Below are positions 17,364-33,426 of a stretch of DNA of 64,000 nt, piece by piece. A program made the position numbers and the translations under genes. Under the pieces are notes generated by a model. It was given only the letters and a program-made list of their open reading frames with translations. It did not search any database and was not told the origin of the DNA. Source of the stretch: the human T2T-CHM13v2.0 reference genome, Homo sapiens; assembly GCF_009914755.1 (NCBI RefSeq), contig NC_060938.1; one strand, given 5' to 3'. Every line of letters starts with the position of its first letter. Within the stretch, counting starts at the first letter, position 1.

Positions 17364-17627
<264 letters not shown>

Positions 17628-17775
17628 TAGCAACTGAACAAACATATATTTATAAATATGGTATATGCATGGGAAGGTATTTATATGTAGAAATACCCTA
17701 TACACCCAAGTGTTATTTCTAGTAGTAAGAGTTTGCATATGGGGTAGAAGTTAGAGAATTAAAAGTGATGGTAAG

Positions 17776-17930
17776 GGCCAGCCACTGTGGCTCGTGCCTC
17801 TAATCCCAGCACTTTGGGAGGCCAAGGCAGGTGGATCACAAGGTCAGGAGTTCAAGATCAGCCTGGCCAGTATGGTGAAACGCTGTCTCTACTAAAAATA
17901 CAAAAATTAGCCGGGCGTGGCGGTGGGCGC
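17776..17930 (+). mobile_element. AluS left arm, 3'-truncated
   Basis: Stops at gtgggcgc, abutting an inverted Alu. Confidence 0.88.
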
Positions 17931-17936
17931 TTCTAA

Positions 17937-18234
17937 TTTTTTTTTTTTTTTTGAGACGGAGTTTCGCTGTTGTTGCCCACACTGGAGTGCAATGGTGCGA
18001 TCTCAGCTCACTGAAACTTCTACCTCATGGGTTCAAGCGATTCTCCTGCCTCAGCCTCCCAAGTAGCTGGGATTACAGGCATGCACCACCACACCCAGCT
18101 AATTTCGTATTTTTAGTAAAGACAGGGTTTCTCCATGTTTGTCAGGCTGGTCTCAAACTCCTGACCTCAGGTGTTCCACCTGCCTTGGCCTCCCAAAGTG
18201 CTGGGATAAAAGGTGTGAGCCATCGTGCCCAGCC
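17937..18234 (-). mobile_element. AluS (Sp/Sq-like)
   Basis: Full antisense Alu; TSD cttcta(a/c)tttt. Confidence 0.9.
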
Positions 18235-18876
18235 ACTTCTACTTTTTTTTTTTAATATTTCTGAAATACTTGAATATTTTTACCCTGAGGATATACTGTA
18301 TTTCTTTTGTAATAAAAGAACCTCCTAAAAATTCCCCTTATGCATTATTAAAAATTTGGTGGACCAGTATTGACAACTGTAATCAAACTTTCCAAAACGG
18401 ACAAAAGAGGCAAGCAGCTCATCTAAGGAATCTGAATCTAAGTAAGAGCTATTAATACTATTAGGTGTGTAATGCCATAAACATAGTGATAAGTAGGCAA
18501 ATTAAAAAGAAGCCAAAGTCTTGCTGCATTTTAAGTAAAATTATAATATTTTGTAATACAACAAAAGTTTAAATCAAAAGATTATAGAAAACATACTTAA
18601 ATGCAAAATCTTAATGTCTATATTGACTTTGAATTTTATTTCTCATACTATTTTGCAATTGCTCAAATAATAAGACTTGAAAATTTAGCCATAGTATATA
18701 TTTGTAGAACTTGACAGATAACTAATGTAATAGAAACCTTAGCCTACCTACATTTTGTTTTCTCCAAGCATAAAAAGTATTTCATAGCTATGTTTTGTTT
18801 TCCAGAACCCATGGTGATAAACTGTTCATATTAGATATTTTCCCCCAATAGATGATAGGTTGGCAGCATCATTGAC

Positions 18877-19020
18877 TAGAAAGAAAGAAAGAAAGAGAGA
18901 AAGAAAGAGAGAGAGAGGGAGAGGGAGGGAGGGAGGAAGGAAGGAAGGGAGAGGGAGGGAGGAAGGAAGGAAGGAAGGCGGAGGGAGGGAGGAAGGCAGG
19001 AAGAAAGAGAAAGAAAGAAA
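18877..19020 (+). repeat. GA-rich simple repeat (GAAA/GGAA/GGGA)n
   Basis: About 140-nt polypurine tract. Confidence 0.95.
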
Positions 19021-19239
19021 GTCTTTAATGTTACCCTTGACAAAATATCAACTATTTTACCTCATCTAGAATTCTACAAAATAATAATGTAATATATTGG
19101 CTTTGAATTTTCAACCTCTCATTATAAATTCTTTTTCTTCATTTTCATGTCGTTCTTTCTTCTTTTGATTGCACAGTGCCTTTCTATTCTTTCTGTTCTT
19201 TTCACTCAAATGCATTCTTTATATATTTACGTATTTTCT

Positions 19240-20075
19240 ACTTTTTAAATTTTAGATGCAGGGGCTAATGTGCAGGTTTGTTACATGGGTATTTTGGGTG
19301 ATGCTGAGGTTTTGAGAACCAATGATCACGTCACCCAGGTAGTGAGGATAGTACCCAATAGTTAGGTTTTAGGCCCCTTACCCCTCTCCCTCCTTCCCTC
19401 CTCTAGTAGTTCCCAGTGTCTATTGTTGCCATCATTATGTTCATGAGTACCCAGTGTTTAGCTCCCACTTACAAGTAAGAACATGCAGTATTTGGTTTTC
19501 TGTTCCTGCATTAATTCAGTTAGGATAATGGCCTCCAGCTGCATCCATGTAGCTGCAAAGGACATGATTTCATTCTTTTCTATAGCTGTGTACTATTCCA
19601 TGATGTATATGCACCACTTTTTTTTTATCCAGTCCACCATTGAAGAGCATTCTATGTCTCTGCTATTGTGAATAATGCTGCAATGAACTTAAGAGTGCAT
19701 GTGTCTTTTTGGTAGGATGATTTGTTTTCTTCTGGATATATACCCAGTGATGAGATTGCTGGGTTGAATGGTAGTTCTCAGTTCTTTGAGAAATCTCCAA
19801 ACTGCTTTCCACAGTGGCTGAACCAATCTACACTCCCACCAACGGTGTGTAAATGTTCTCTTTTCTCTGCAGCCTCACCAAGATCTATTATTTACTTTTT
19901 AGTAATAGCCATTTGGACTGGTGTGAGATGGTCTCTCATTGTGGTTTTGATTTGTATTTCTCTGTGATTAGGGATATGTTAAATGATCATATCCCTAAAC
20001 ATATGTTCATATGTTTGTTGGCTGCTTGTATGTCTTCTTTTGAGAAGTGTCTGTTCAGGTTTTTTGCCCATTTTC
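19240..20075 (-). mobile_element. Older primate L1 3' end (L1PA15/16-like)
   Basis: Antisense L1 3'UTR (tgtgcaggtttgttacatgggtat...cacccaggtagtgag) and degenerate ORF2 end. Confidence 0.85.
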
Positions 20076-23000
20076 TAAGGGATCTACCTTAAATATGGAA
20101 CAGCAGATGTCCTAGTTTTCTTTTCCCCGAGGCTGGTTCAATAACCTATTAGCCTCCTTTAGTCCTCCTAGACAGTGTGAGCTACTGTAGGGGAAGAGTT
20201 GAAGACAAAGAAATGTAGATGGGTAAATAAGTACTGAATGCTATATGTGCTAGCCAAGCAGTTGTGGCCAGAACTTAGTAAGATATTGGTCATTTGAGCA
20301 CATATATTTTTCTCTGTTACTGCTTTTTTTTTTTCTTTTTTCTCAGTTTCCTAATAAATTTGCTTTGAGAAGTTGTTGTCTTGTATGGCTTAAACAGGGT
20401 GGAAAAAGGATTTGTGAGTATTGGGCCAGGGTTGTTTTCTTTCCCACCAGATAAGCTCCATGAATACTAGGACAAAGTGTATGTTGGTAAACACTATATC
20501 CACAGCACTTAGTAGGGATACATTAAACAGCCCTGCCATCTTTTCCTATACCATTCTCTCTTTCCATGAAACCTAGAAACTTTCAATTATACAACAGTCC
20601 AGAAGAATCTTACAGGGCCCCTTCAAAGTAAGTCCAAAAGCCTTGACCATAGGAGCAGGCCAGAAAGTATGGTACTGACAGTAGAGTTGCATTCCTGAGA
20701 CACATCCCCAAAAAATGTACAGTGTAAAGCTTTGTGGCTGGGTGGTTCATTTTATATTTCTGAAGAAAAGCATCTTGGGAGAAATTCCAAATAGATTTAG
20801 CAGGCTTTTAATTTAAAAAATTGAGGAGCAGCTCTCTCAGGCTTGAAAAGATCTTACAAATTTACTTCTTGAATATAACAAGCGGTAATCATTATCCAAA
20901 TAGAATCCACTTGGGGAAATTTTTTTAAATAAATTTCAGCATTAATTGAGTTTATATAATTCCTCAAACTGATTTTAAGTATTGAATAAGGATTCAACTT
21001 TATGACAGCTCAGCAATATAGCTTCTGAACTGCCAACTTGGACCTTCTAGCCTTTCAAGGCCTGAAGGAAGGGCTGGGAAATTCCCATCATTAAGAAGAT
21101 TTCCCCCTTCTGGAAAATTGCCATCACAGAAGCCTGCCCCACTCAAATCCTGGGCTTACTTGACTATGTCATAGATTGATGTTTTGTATTTGAACTGCCT
21201 CCTCTTGCTGCTGCGAATTTGTGAAGCTACCTCTTTATATTAAAGCAAGAAGCAGAAGGACAAATACTGAGATAGAAAATTGGGTTCTTAAAAACCTGGC
21301 ACATTTAGCAGGAATTATCAAGATAGACTTAACAGCACAGTGATTATTTGGGCAAAGCCGAGTGCCTTACAACTTCCAATTTGTGAACCAAACACATCCT
21401 AATTTTTCATTGCTTACCCAATGTTCTTAAAGTAGGAGTTTTCTAATCATCAACGATAATTTAGATCTGAATTTAATTGGTTCTTGTCATTTTTATAAAC
21501 TATCTGCTCTCCTTATGGCATGAACCTCCTTTTCTGCTCAAAATGCAAAGTTTTCATTTTTGAGTCAACATAATAGATTTATTTTCTTCTTTTTTTTTCT
21601 TTTACTCCTAGCAAGCTGGGATAGATTTATTTTCTGATCATTTTTCAGCAGAGGTTTCTCATTTTCTATTGGTTAACAAAGAACATTCTTTCTACCTTAA
21701 CAAACGTGTTTAATGACGAGAGGTTCTTTCCGATCTCAGTGATAGACTTTTTATGTAGCTGTTAGAGTTGCCCTCCTTTATCTTTAAGCGTTGCTATTGC
21801 AGTTGACATTTCTGTTTCTTCTATGAATAACCTCTAGGTATTACTGTAGCTTTAGACATTGTTTTCCTACCCCAAACTCATAAAAAGTAATGTCTTCCAG
21901 AAAGCCTGTCCTAATTATCTCCAACTAATTCTAATCATTCTATCCCATTTACCCTTTTTGTCATTTCTTTATATTATATATAAATATATGATATATATTT
22001 TTTCATTTTAATTAATGTATTTGAATTCAACAGATGATATTAATGTCATTGCTTATTTCACTCATTTTTCTAACTTTTTTTCACTGATGAGTTTTCTGCA
22101 CTAGCTTATAAACTTAAAGGCAAGAACCATGCTTTCTTCTTTCTTTACATGACTCCATGGTCCCAGAACACCCAGTGAGACTGGAAAAGAATGAAATGAT
22201 GGCTATATGTGTAGTATGTAGTTTGATTCCATACGTGAAGTAGACACCCAGAAAAGATTTGTAGTTAATGAATTTATCTTTGACCTCTGAAGAAACTATG
22301 ATATGATAATAGATGTCCTCAGCTATTTTTTGTTACCTTGGTATGATTAACTGCCAACATTCTTTAATCCACACATCCTAGACTTTTTCTCTGTGTCATC
22401 TTCACTCATCTTAAAATGATGCAGCTTGCAGTTGGTGTAACAGATGAAACAGGAAACTAATTAGCAGCTGTTGTCCATCTGTGTGTTTATATTAAATATT
22501 TTAAAATAGAAATGTATTTGCATTCTGAATACTGTTTCTGAAATTCATAAATCCTAAACTTGGGTAAATGCTGTAAAATTCAAAACCAAGACAGAGCCTT
22601 TACCATTTATCTTCATGATAAAGCAAAAATAATTTTATGCCAGAATCAGGATTATAGTAATTTGAGGCAGATGTAAATTTTAAAAAGCAAAAAAAGTCTT
22701 AACTTTTTTAAGTTGCTTTGGAATTGAGCCCCCAAAGCAATCAAATTGAAATCTGAAAAGATACAGTGTTCAAAAGATGTCATACCCTCTGAATATATTC
22801 TTTCTTCACAGAAACTGATGAGTACATACACTTTTGAGAAAGCTGCATTCATTCTCTGACAGATTTATTTTGAAACATGCTCCTCCTTTCTCTTTTTCTA
22901 CCTTTCTATTAAGTGCGTGGTTCTTTGACATGTGATCAACTTAGAACTCTACAGAGAGTGCTATTAATATTGGTAGCCATCTTCCAAGTTGAAGATGAAT

Positions 23001-23936
23001 GTCATGGCTTTAGGAAGAAAAGATACCGTTATTCATTTCACTCAAGTCAAATAGGCAAATGTTTCTTATGTTCAAAAATGAAAGGGAGAAGAGTATTATC
23101 TACAAGACAAGTATCAAATTGCATCAGTCAGGTCAGATTGGTGTTTCCCTCTATGCTTCAGTTTATATGTGAAAAGAAAATAGTCATTGTGTTTATGTAA
23201 CTTTCAGTATTTCCATAGAATCACAGTATCTTATTCTGATGTTAGCTAGTCCAGACTTTCACCCAAGGGGGTGTTAAGGAAAATCTGCAACAACTTAGCT
23301 GTTAGGTTTTTGTTTGAATTCTTTTAGTGAGAAAGATCTCTACTGCCTCATGAGGTAGCACATTCTATTGTTCGATGGCTGTTAAAGTAAGTATGTTTTT
23401 CCATTACACAGAGCCAGTCTTTCTTCCTGTGTCTTTCATCTGTTAGCCCTAATTCTGCCCTCCAAGCAATGCCAAATAAGTTGGCTTCCTCTTTTACATG
23501 ATATTTGAATATACAGTTGTTTCACCTTAATCCCTTCTCAAAGTACTGTTTATGATTATATGTTTAGCAGTATCTTTTCTTTCATCCCAGACAATATTAT
23601 TAGCCTATGATATTATAATTGAGTAACTAAACTATTTACTCCCAAAGCTACTGTGGATAGACTGACTTGAAATCAAGTTTCATTCAGCCCATTTACTGAG
23701 TGCCTACAATGTGCAGGAATTTGGTGGGACAATCAGGAAGTCTGGATGAAATGAGACGCTGTCTTGTGAGAGAGTTGTATACTGCTGCATCACCTTTACA
23801 AAGTTTCCTTTTATCACAATTTGTTGTGTCTCTTTATTCTTTTTTTTAACATCAAATCCCGTTTTGACATTAATATTACTACTCCTGCTTTTTTGCTTAT
23901 TTACATTTGCCTGGTGACTTTTTGCCCTACTTGTTA

Positions 23937-24459
<523 letters not shown>

Positions 24460-24589
24460 TGAAGTCTATGTTCTGAATCATTTTTTCATTTACAGTCATT
24501 TTTCCAGAACATTACTTGGTGATTTGTCATCTGAATCTTTGCATTCTAACAAGTATCATTCTTCCATTTTGATTAGTGAATGACTGGAT

Positions 24590-25250
24590 GTAAGATTTGA
24601 GGGTTGTATGGCTTGAAGAGATATGTTGATGTTAATTTACTATTTTCTAGTTTTTGGTATTGTAGGTAAGAAGTCCAAAGCCAATATTACTTTTTCCTTT
24701 GTTAGTAACCCAATCTTCCTATTAAATATTTGGTAGCTTGTAAGATTTTCTGTTTATTTTTGAAATTCCAAAATTGTACCAGGACATATTTAGGTTTATG
24801 TTTTTGTTTTGCTTTTTTTTTTAAATCAATCTTGGCTGGAACTTAGTAAACCTTTTCAATTTCCAAGTCCAACTCTTCTCAAATAAATAAAATTTTCCTC
24901 TTTTCCCCCCTATCTCTTCCTTTATTTCCTTATGGAATTCCTATTGGTAGTATGTCAGTCTCTTGCTCTGTCTTCTTATTATTTTCTGCATGACTTCTAT
25001 CTTTTGCACTTTTGCACAATCCTTGGAGATATTTCTACCACTTGATCTTCCAAGCAACTAATTGAATTTTTGACAAGGACTGTAATTACCTTCATCTACT
25101 AAATCTTAAAATTTGAAAATCACATATTTTGTTCCAGAACACAGTGTTAATGTCATAATTGAATCTGTATTAGTGTTTTAATTGCTTATTATTGTTATTA
25201 AAATTATCTATTGCCCCAGAAGTTTTATTTCTCTAGGTATCCTAAATATT
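24590..25250 (-). mobile_element. Ancient L1M(E) fragment
   Basis: T-rich degenerate L1 ORF1-region-like sequence. Confidence 0.5.
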
Positions 25251-26025
25251 ATGCTCATTCTTCCACTCTCCAGTTGGTTGTTACTTAGGTTGCTGGTATT
25301 TTCCTCTCCCTACTGAAAGTTCGATTCACCCTAAGGGTTCTGGAAGCTGCTAGGGTACTTTGGGCCTGGTGAGAATGGAGTTACAGTGGGAAAGAGGATC
25401 ATGAGTGGCAAAAGGAAGAGAAGTGTCAATTCCTGAATTAGCAAAGCACAAAATGGCAAGCTGCTAGTCTTCTATTAAAGTACAAAAAATAAACAGTCCA
25501 AGCCTCTGTGCTTCCTGGACGGTTTTGTTGTGAAGGCTGGACTTTCCCAGCCTTTAAAGGATAGGGCAGTCTTAGTATTTTTTCAAGTAGACTTCAGACT
25601 TCTGGGTCAACCTAAAAAAATTTATAGCTTTGCCCTTGATCTGGATCCCAACCAACCACAAATTCTTAGAATCAGTGAATGTTAGAGATGAAAAAGACAT
25701 ACTCCAAATGTCCTCATTTTATAGATAAAGAGAATAATACCCCCTTCCCCAAAAAAATGATACTAGTTTTTCAGGATCATCTAGGTAGTTAGCAGTAGAG
25801 ATAAAACAGGATTCTAGACTTTGTGACACTCAGGTCTTCAATTAATGGCTTTATCTTCTGTTGCCTAGTACATACATTCTTAGCATTAAAGCAATTGTCT
25901 TACAGAATGTTTTCATGTAATATTGGTACTCTAAGAGAACAATGGTTAGGTATTTAATTATTCAAATGAAAATGAATGGGAAGTGTTAGTAAATCAAGAT
26001 TCATGTTAGTATTAGAATTATTTTT

Positions 26026-26590
<565 letters not shown>

Positions 26591-26602
26591 GAATTATTTT
26601 TC

Positions 26603-26939
<337 letters not shown>

Positions 26940-28006
26940 TTAAATTAAAACTGCAGTTGTTAATGAAGAAAGATTTAAGTGATATCATGATATCCCTTTA
27001 AGATATGCCACTCTTTGTGAAAAGGGAAACTACTGATATATACCTAGAAAACTTAATCTGCTTAATCCAATAGCCCCTCTAGTGGCAGTGGTGAGAATAA
27101 GTCAAATTTTAGAAGTACAAATTTTGTTTCTATCAGTATTTGGTATATACAAATAAGATTTATATATTTATATAAATGCTGATAAATAGCTTTTATCTGA
27201 AGGTGTTTTATGTGTAACAAAGTGTCTTTCATAATGCAAATATTACTATATTTAGAAGAAGAATAGAGAAAACACAGGATGAGTTTGAACCTAATACTAC
27301 CTATGTGAACCTCAGTGTCCTCTTTTGTACTGCCTTCCTCACAGAGTTGTGAGATTAACACATAGGTGTGAAAATGTATTTTTTAAAAACATTAGTATTG
27401 TCATTAATTATATTTCTTGGATATTAATTGATCTTATATGTGGGAAGTTCTGTCTTAAATATAAGGTCAGATTATAATGTTTTGTAGTTTTAGCCTCCTA
27501 TCATTGAGAAAATTAATATACCCTGCTTGCTTTATGTGAGAAAACTGAGAAAATCATGAACTGTTTTCTCTCTATTATATTATTCATGATTATAACCCTT
27601 GTTACCTATTTCCTCTTATCACTATTCAGAGTAATCTTTGAGTTTTAGAAAGAAAACTCAGTTTTTATATGTTAAAAATGAAGAGTCTGGGGGAAGGAAT
27701 ATGAAGTAAATATTGGAAAATATTAGCATTTGTCAAATCTGAGCGATGGATACATGGGTGTTTGTTATACTGTTATGTTGGAAATGTTTTATAATTTAAA
27801 ATATAGCATGAATCATAAAAAAGAAAGCAAATTTATGATGTGAATAGGCCCTTAAGCTATGGTTAACCAAAATCATAGTTTTCATCTGAACATGGGATTC
27901 TGAATCATGTTCATTTCATTCCACAGAGTGATAGTAAAATGTTCACACATGCAGTTTTCTGCTGGTTACCTCAGACAAATCCATACCTCTTGCCACAGCA
28001 TCCTCT

Positions 28007-28517
<511 letters not shown>

Positions 28518-29173
28518 CAGCATCCTCTCTTTCTGATGATTCTGGACAAGGGTCCGTTCTCATTAGACTCTTTCTTTTATGGTATATTACATGCCTTTAA
28601 AAAACTACACAATCACTTCTGATTAGGCAGGGAGTGGAACAAGCATTTAATAAGAAGCCAGAGTTTGTAGTCCTGGCTCTGCCATTTACTGCTCTATCTA
28701 CACTTTGCCTCTCTGAATATAACTTGCCTTTTCTTAAAATGAGCATAGTAATACCTTTTCAGTCTAGCATACAGATTTGTTGAGAGATTATAGCATGCAA
28801 CATAAATGAAGTTATAGATCCCCTGGCTGTTGTCATATGTTGGTACCTGTCTCTCTAGTAAGGCAGGATGTCTGATCAAATCTCCAGAAGCCAGAAGCGT
28901 ACAACAGAAAGGAGAGTTACAGAGAGTAGCAAAGGGGGATAGAGTATGGCAGGACCCAAATAACTGGCCCAGCAGTGACAATGGACAAGATAACATTTAC
29001 AACTTTGAGATTCAATGATTTTGTGAATATACTACCCACAGAGTACAAAGTATCATTGAGCATATTCTTTGAAACATGATAAATTTCAGTAAGGATTTGG
29101 AACAAAATCCCTTTCAGCTGATTTCTGCAAATTAGAAAATTTCATGTAGAGAATTGATGTCTCTGAGGTTTCA

Positions 29174-29545
<372 letters not shown>

Positions 29546-30574
29546 TTATTTATAGTAATCAGCTAGGCTCCAGAACCTTTATCCCCCTACAGAGATGAAT
29601 ACCATGATGGTGTGCATCTCACTGCTGCTTTGTTTACAGTAGCTTTACAATAATTCTATAGAATCAACATATTGTAGTTATATATTACAAGGTTTGTAAA
29701 ATTAGCTAATATCTTTTTCTACTAACATAAAATTATATTTGTTGATAGTATTCATTACCCAGTCAGTATTTTGAACCACATTCCATGTGATGCTGTGTTT
29801 GGGATGTTTTTTCCATTTACTCCATAGTAAATGAGGAACCATTGGCTTAGCATAATGATAATATGATCCAGCAAGGCAAGGAGCCCAGAACTCTGGGCAT
29901 CAGGAACCCATCACATGCATATTGTGTAGTATTTCAATACAACAGAATAATTTGCTGTCTTTTTTCCTAAATCGAAATGAAAAGGATAGATGAGAAATCT
30001 GTTCAAAATACATAGGTCAAAAATACGTTAAGTACAACATTATTCAAAATAATTCTGAGATGTTTGCCCAACTAGTTTAACTTTGAAATTTATGTCAGGG
30101 TTTTTTTTTTTAAGTCTTTAATGTTTTACACATAGATTCTACCTTCAGTTAATACCTGGGCACTTTTTTGGCTGCCTATGCAATGACTGACTGAATGACT
30201 TTAAAGGGTCTCTATGTTGGTAGGCTGAACCTTATATGAGCCATTTTTCAAACTTTTACTTTTGGCCCTTCTCCTTGGGAGCTTGCTTCCCAGAGTCAGA
30301 GCTTGTGGACAGGCCAGTGCTAGAGGAAAGGGAGAATTTTACCCAGACCCTGTAAGAGAACCTCATAGTAAATGAAGCTATTCAGGTTGGAACCAGGCCT
30401 ACCTTGCCATTTGGACCTTTCATATTTAGCTCTGTGAATGTATTTAAGTCCCAGTCTATGATTTTCTTGTGTGTTACTCATGAGTATTTTCCAGAATAAA
30501 AATCCCAAGCATGCTATAGTCGAACTTTGCCAGTTTGTTGGGTATGTTTGTGTGATTAACTTGTTAACATAGCA

Positions 30575-30832
30575 GCAATAGTAATGACATATGACTTTCT
30601 TGAAAACCTAGTTTGTTCCAGGTACTATTCCAAGTGTTTTATATGTATTAATAGGATGTCATTTAATCCTCATAACAACCCTATTATGGCTACTTTACAG
30701 ATGAAAAACTAAGGCAAAGAGAAGTTAAGCAACTTGTGCATGGTTAAACATCTAGCAAGCAGTGGTGCTAGGATTTCCACTCAGGCAGTCTGACTCCAGA
30801 GTTCACATTCTTAATCTCTGTGCTATGCCACC
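30575..30832. mobile_element. MIR, near full length
   Basis: catttaatcctcataacaaccctat...tttacagatgaaaaactaaggcaaagagaagttaag... Confidence 0.8.
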
Positions 30833-32099
30833 TCCTGACTAGCTTATCTCTTATAGAGTCTGTGAAGGTTGTGTCTCTGGTAGGTCTCAAGTTCTGCCTA
30901 CCTCTGTCACACCTGGATAAAAATTGAAATTATATCCTAGTTACAAATCATGCTATCTTGAGTCACTAACTTTCCTTCTTCCTCTCTCATCAAATAGTGC
31001 ATTAAGGTAAGGGGGCATGAATAAACTTCACTGCCATGAGATATTTGTGAGAACATATGCTGTCTCGTTGAGAGATCATTTGTTTTCAAGTTAACAAAAA
31101 CCTGCTGAAGCTAGTGCAAGCAAAGAAGACATTTATGGAAGGATACAAGGTTATCTCATAGAACCCAAGAGCAAGAATACAGCTGGGCCTCAAGGGGGAT
31201 GAAAGGCAGGTAGCCAGGGTTACTCCCTTTTTAGTTGTTCTCATTAGATGTCCATAGGGAAGAAAGGGAAAGGAAGAGTCAGGCGGTATAAATAGGTAAG
31301 AATTTTTCAGACAACAAGAGTATGGCTAGATATATACTCCTCAAAAAGTATATTTTCTGTACTGCATCAATTGAAGGGAAATACCAATTACAGGTCGCAT
31401 TGCCCAGTAGATTTGTATGGATTTAAAGTAATAACTAAACAATCCCTTTCAACTATTCCCAATCATCCTGTCCCTTCATAAGTCTTGATTCTTGGCATTT
31501 TGTTTATTCTCACTTGATCAGTCTCAAGTTAGGACTTTTCAACTGTTCTGACACCCAAAGATAAGACCCCTGTTTTCATCTCTTCTCCCCAGACCTTCAA
31601 CCTGTACCATCAAAGAGCCTGTTGCACTTGCCTTTTCAAGTGACAGTCAGGAACCTGCCTAGCTTCCATTCCTAATATTAATATCCTATATGAGTAGTTC
31701 ATACCATCTCTGCTTTCCTTGTCCTTTTCCCCCTACCTTTTCTCTTCCCAACATTATGAATACCTACTGGCTTTTCCTATTTCTAGGGATCCTCCCCCCT
31801 CCATTTCCTATTAGATAAACTCCAAATTCATCAGCTTGAGGGTTCTTCAAAATCATGTCCCATCCTAACTGTCCCAGTCATTCCCACTCAAGTCCTTCAC
31901 TCTAAGCAGGCCATTTTCCACAGTGACCTAGAAACAGCACAGGCTTAACCATTATTCCAAGCCTTTGCTAGTACAGATCCTCTTGATTACAAAGCTCTTT
32001 CCCATTCCTTTCCTTTCCACCTCTCTGAATCCAGCTCATTTCTCAGGGCCTCACCTAAGACATTCTCTCTAAAGAGTCCTATGTGATCTTTCCAACACC

Positions 32100-32202
32100 T
32101 CAGGTAACCAATTGTCCAGGATTGCCTTGGATTCCTAGGACATCTGACTTTAGTACTAAAACAGGAATATTCCTAGGCAAACCAGGATAGTTAGACATCC
32201 TC
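32100..32202. mobile_element. MER81-like hAT MITE
   Basis: About 100-nt degenerate palindromic element (ggtaaccaattgtccagg...ggcaaaccaggatagttagacatcct). Confidence 0.6.
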
Positions 32203-32482
32203 CAACATCTCATTGTCTCCTTTCATTATAGTGGCTTGTTAGAATAAAAAGCCCTGTGAAATCGCCAGTAGCCACTACTTCAGCATGTACAAGGTCCTTT
32301 CTCCATAATAAGACTTAATGCTCCTGTTAGGCAGAGACCCTTTTGATTCCCACTTCATACAGAATATAGTGCTGTACTCATGTTAATGCCTATTAGTGAA
32401 TAAGGCGATGTAGTTTTAAGTTGGCACTATATCTAAAATCTTTTCCTTGTGTGTTAATTTCTTTGTCTTTATTTTTTTCCAG

Positions 32483-32570
32483 CCCAGATGACTTACTCAA
32501 TGCCTTGAATGAGGGTATCAGTCGTGCTGATGTCATCATCACATCAGGGGGTGTATCCATGGGGGAAAAG
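32483..32570 (+). CDS. GPHN: Gephyrin coding exon, 88 nt: (N)[29 protein letters not shown]
   Basis: Long pyrimidine tract then ccag|C; donor AAG|gtatga; MoeA TSGGVSMG motif. Confidence 0.98.
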
Positions 32571-33075
32571 GTATGAAAGATAGGGCTCGTGAAAATGTAT
32601 CTGCTGTAATGTTCTTGCATATGGTCGATTAACTGTGGTCTGGTAGGCATCTGATATTCATAACGAGGCTCCCACAAAGCTGAAAATCCATGGGGCTTCA
32701 GAAATTACTGGTCTCTTTAAAAGGGATACAATGTGGGTAGGTCAGGGAGCTTACCCTCAGGAGCAACCTGGAGAATCCCACAACTTACAGAATGGTTTTT
32801 GCTATTCCTGTGGAAACTTCTGACCTGTTTCTCACTCTATTTTACTACATTAGGACATCCTTTATGCATGATATTTACCACCAGGGTAAAACTCTAAGAT
32901 CCTTCCTTCTACTCAAATTTAAACATGACTCCCCAGGAGCCAACCAATTCACCCACCATATATTCCAAATCTACCAAGAATGCTTAGCTCCCCTTCCCCA
33001 CAAGGAAGAAAGGGAGGATTAGGCATTCCTTTTGCTCCTCCTTACAAAATAATATAATAATAATAATGAAAATAT

Positions 33076-33357
33076 GGCCAGGCACAGTGGCTCAAGCCTG
33101 TAATTCCAATACTTTGGGAGGCTGAGGTGGGTAGGTTGCTTGAGCCCAGGAGTTCAAGACCACCTGGGCGACGTGGTGAAACCCCATCTCTACAAAAAAA
33201 ATCCAAAAATTAGCTGGGCATGGTGGCACGCGCCTGCAGTTCCAGCTACTTGGGTGCTGAAGTGGGAGGATCGCTTGAGCCTGGGTGGTCAAGGCTGCAG
33301 TGAGCTGAGATCACACCACTGCACTCCAACCTGGGCAACACAGCAAGACCCTGTCTT

Positions 33358-33420
<63 letters not shown>

Positions 33421-33426
33421 TACACA
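33076..33426 (+). mobile_element. AluJ with an A-(TA)n-(CA)n microsatellite tail
   Basis: Alu body, poly(A), then TA and CA dinucleotide runs at 33372-33426. Confidence 0.9.

Noticed and set aside
32393-32677. Antisense ORFs overlapping exons (also 2115-2333 and 54187-54456)
   Set aside because: Shadow ORFs of coding sequence, with no recognisable protein or promoter.
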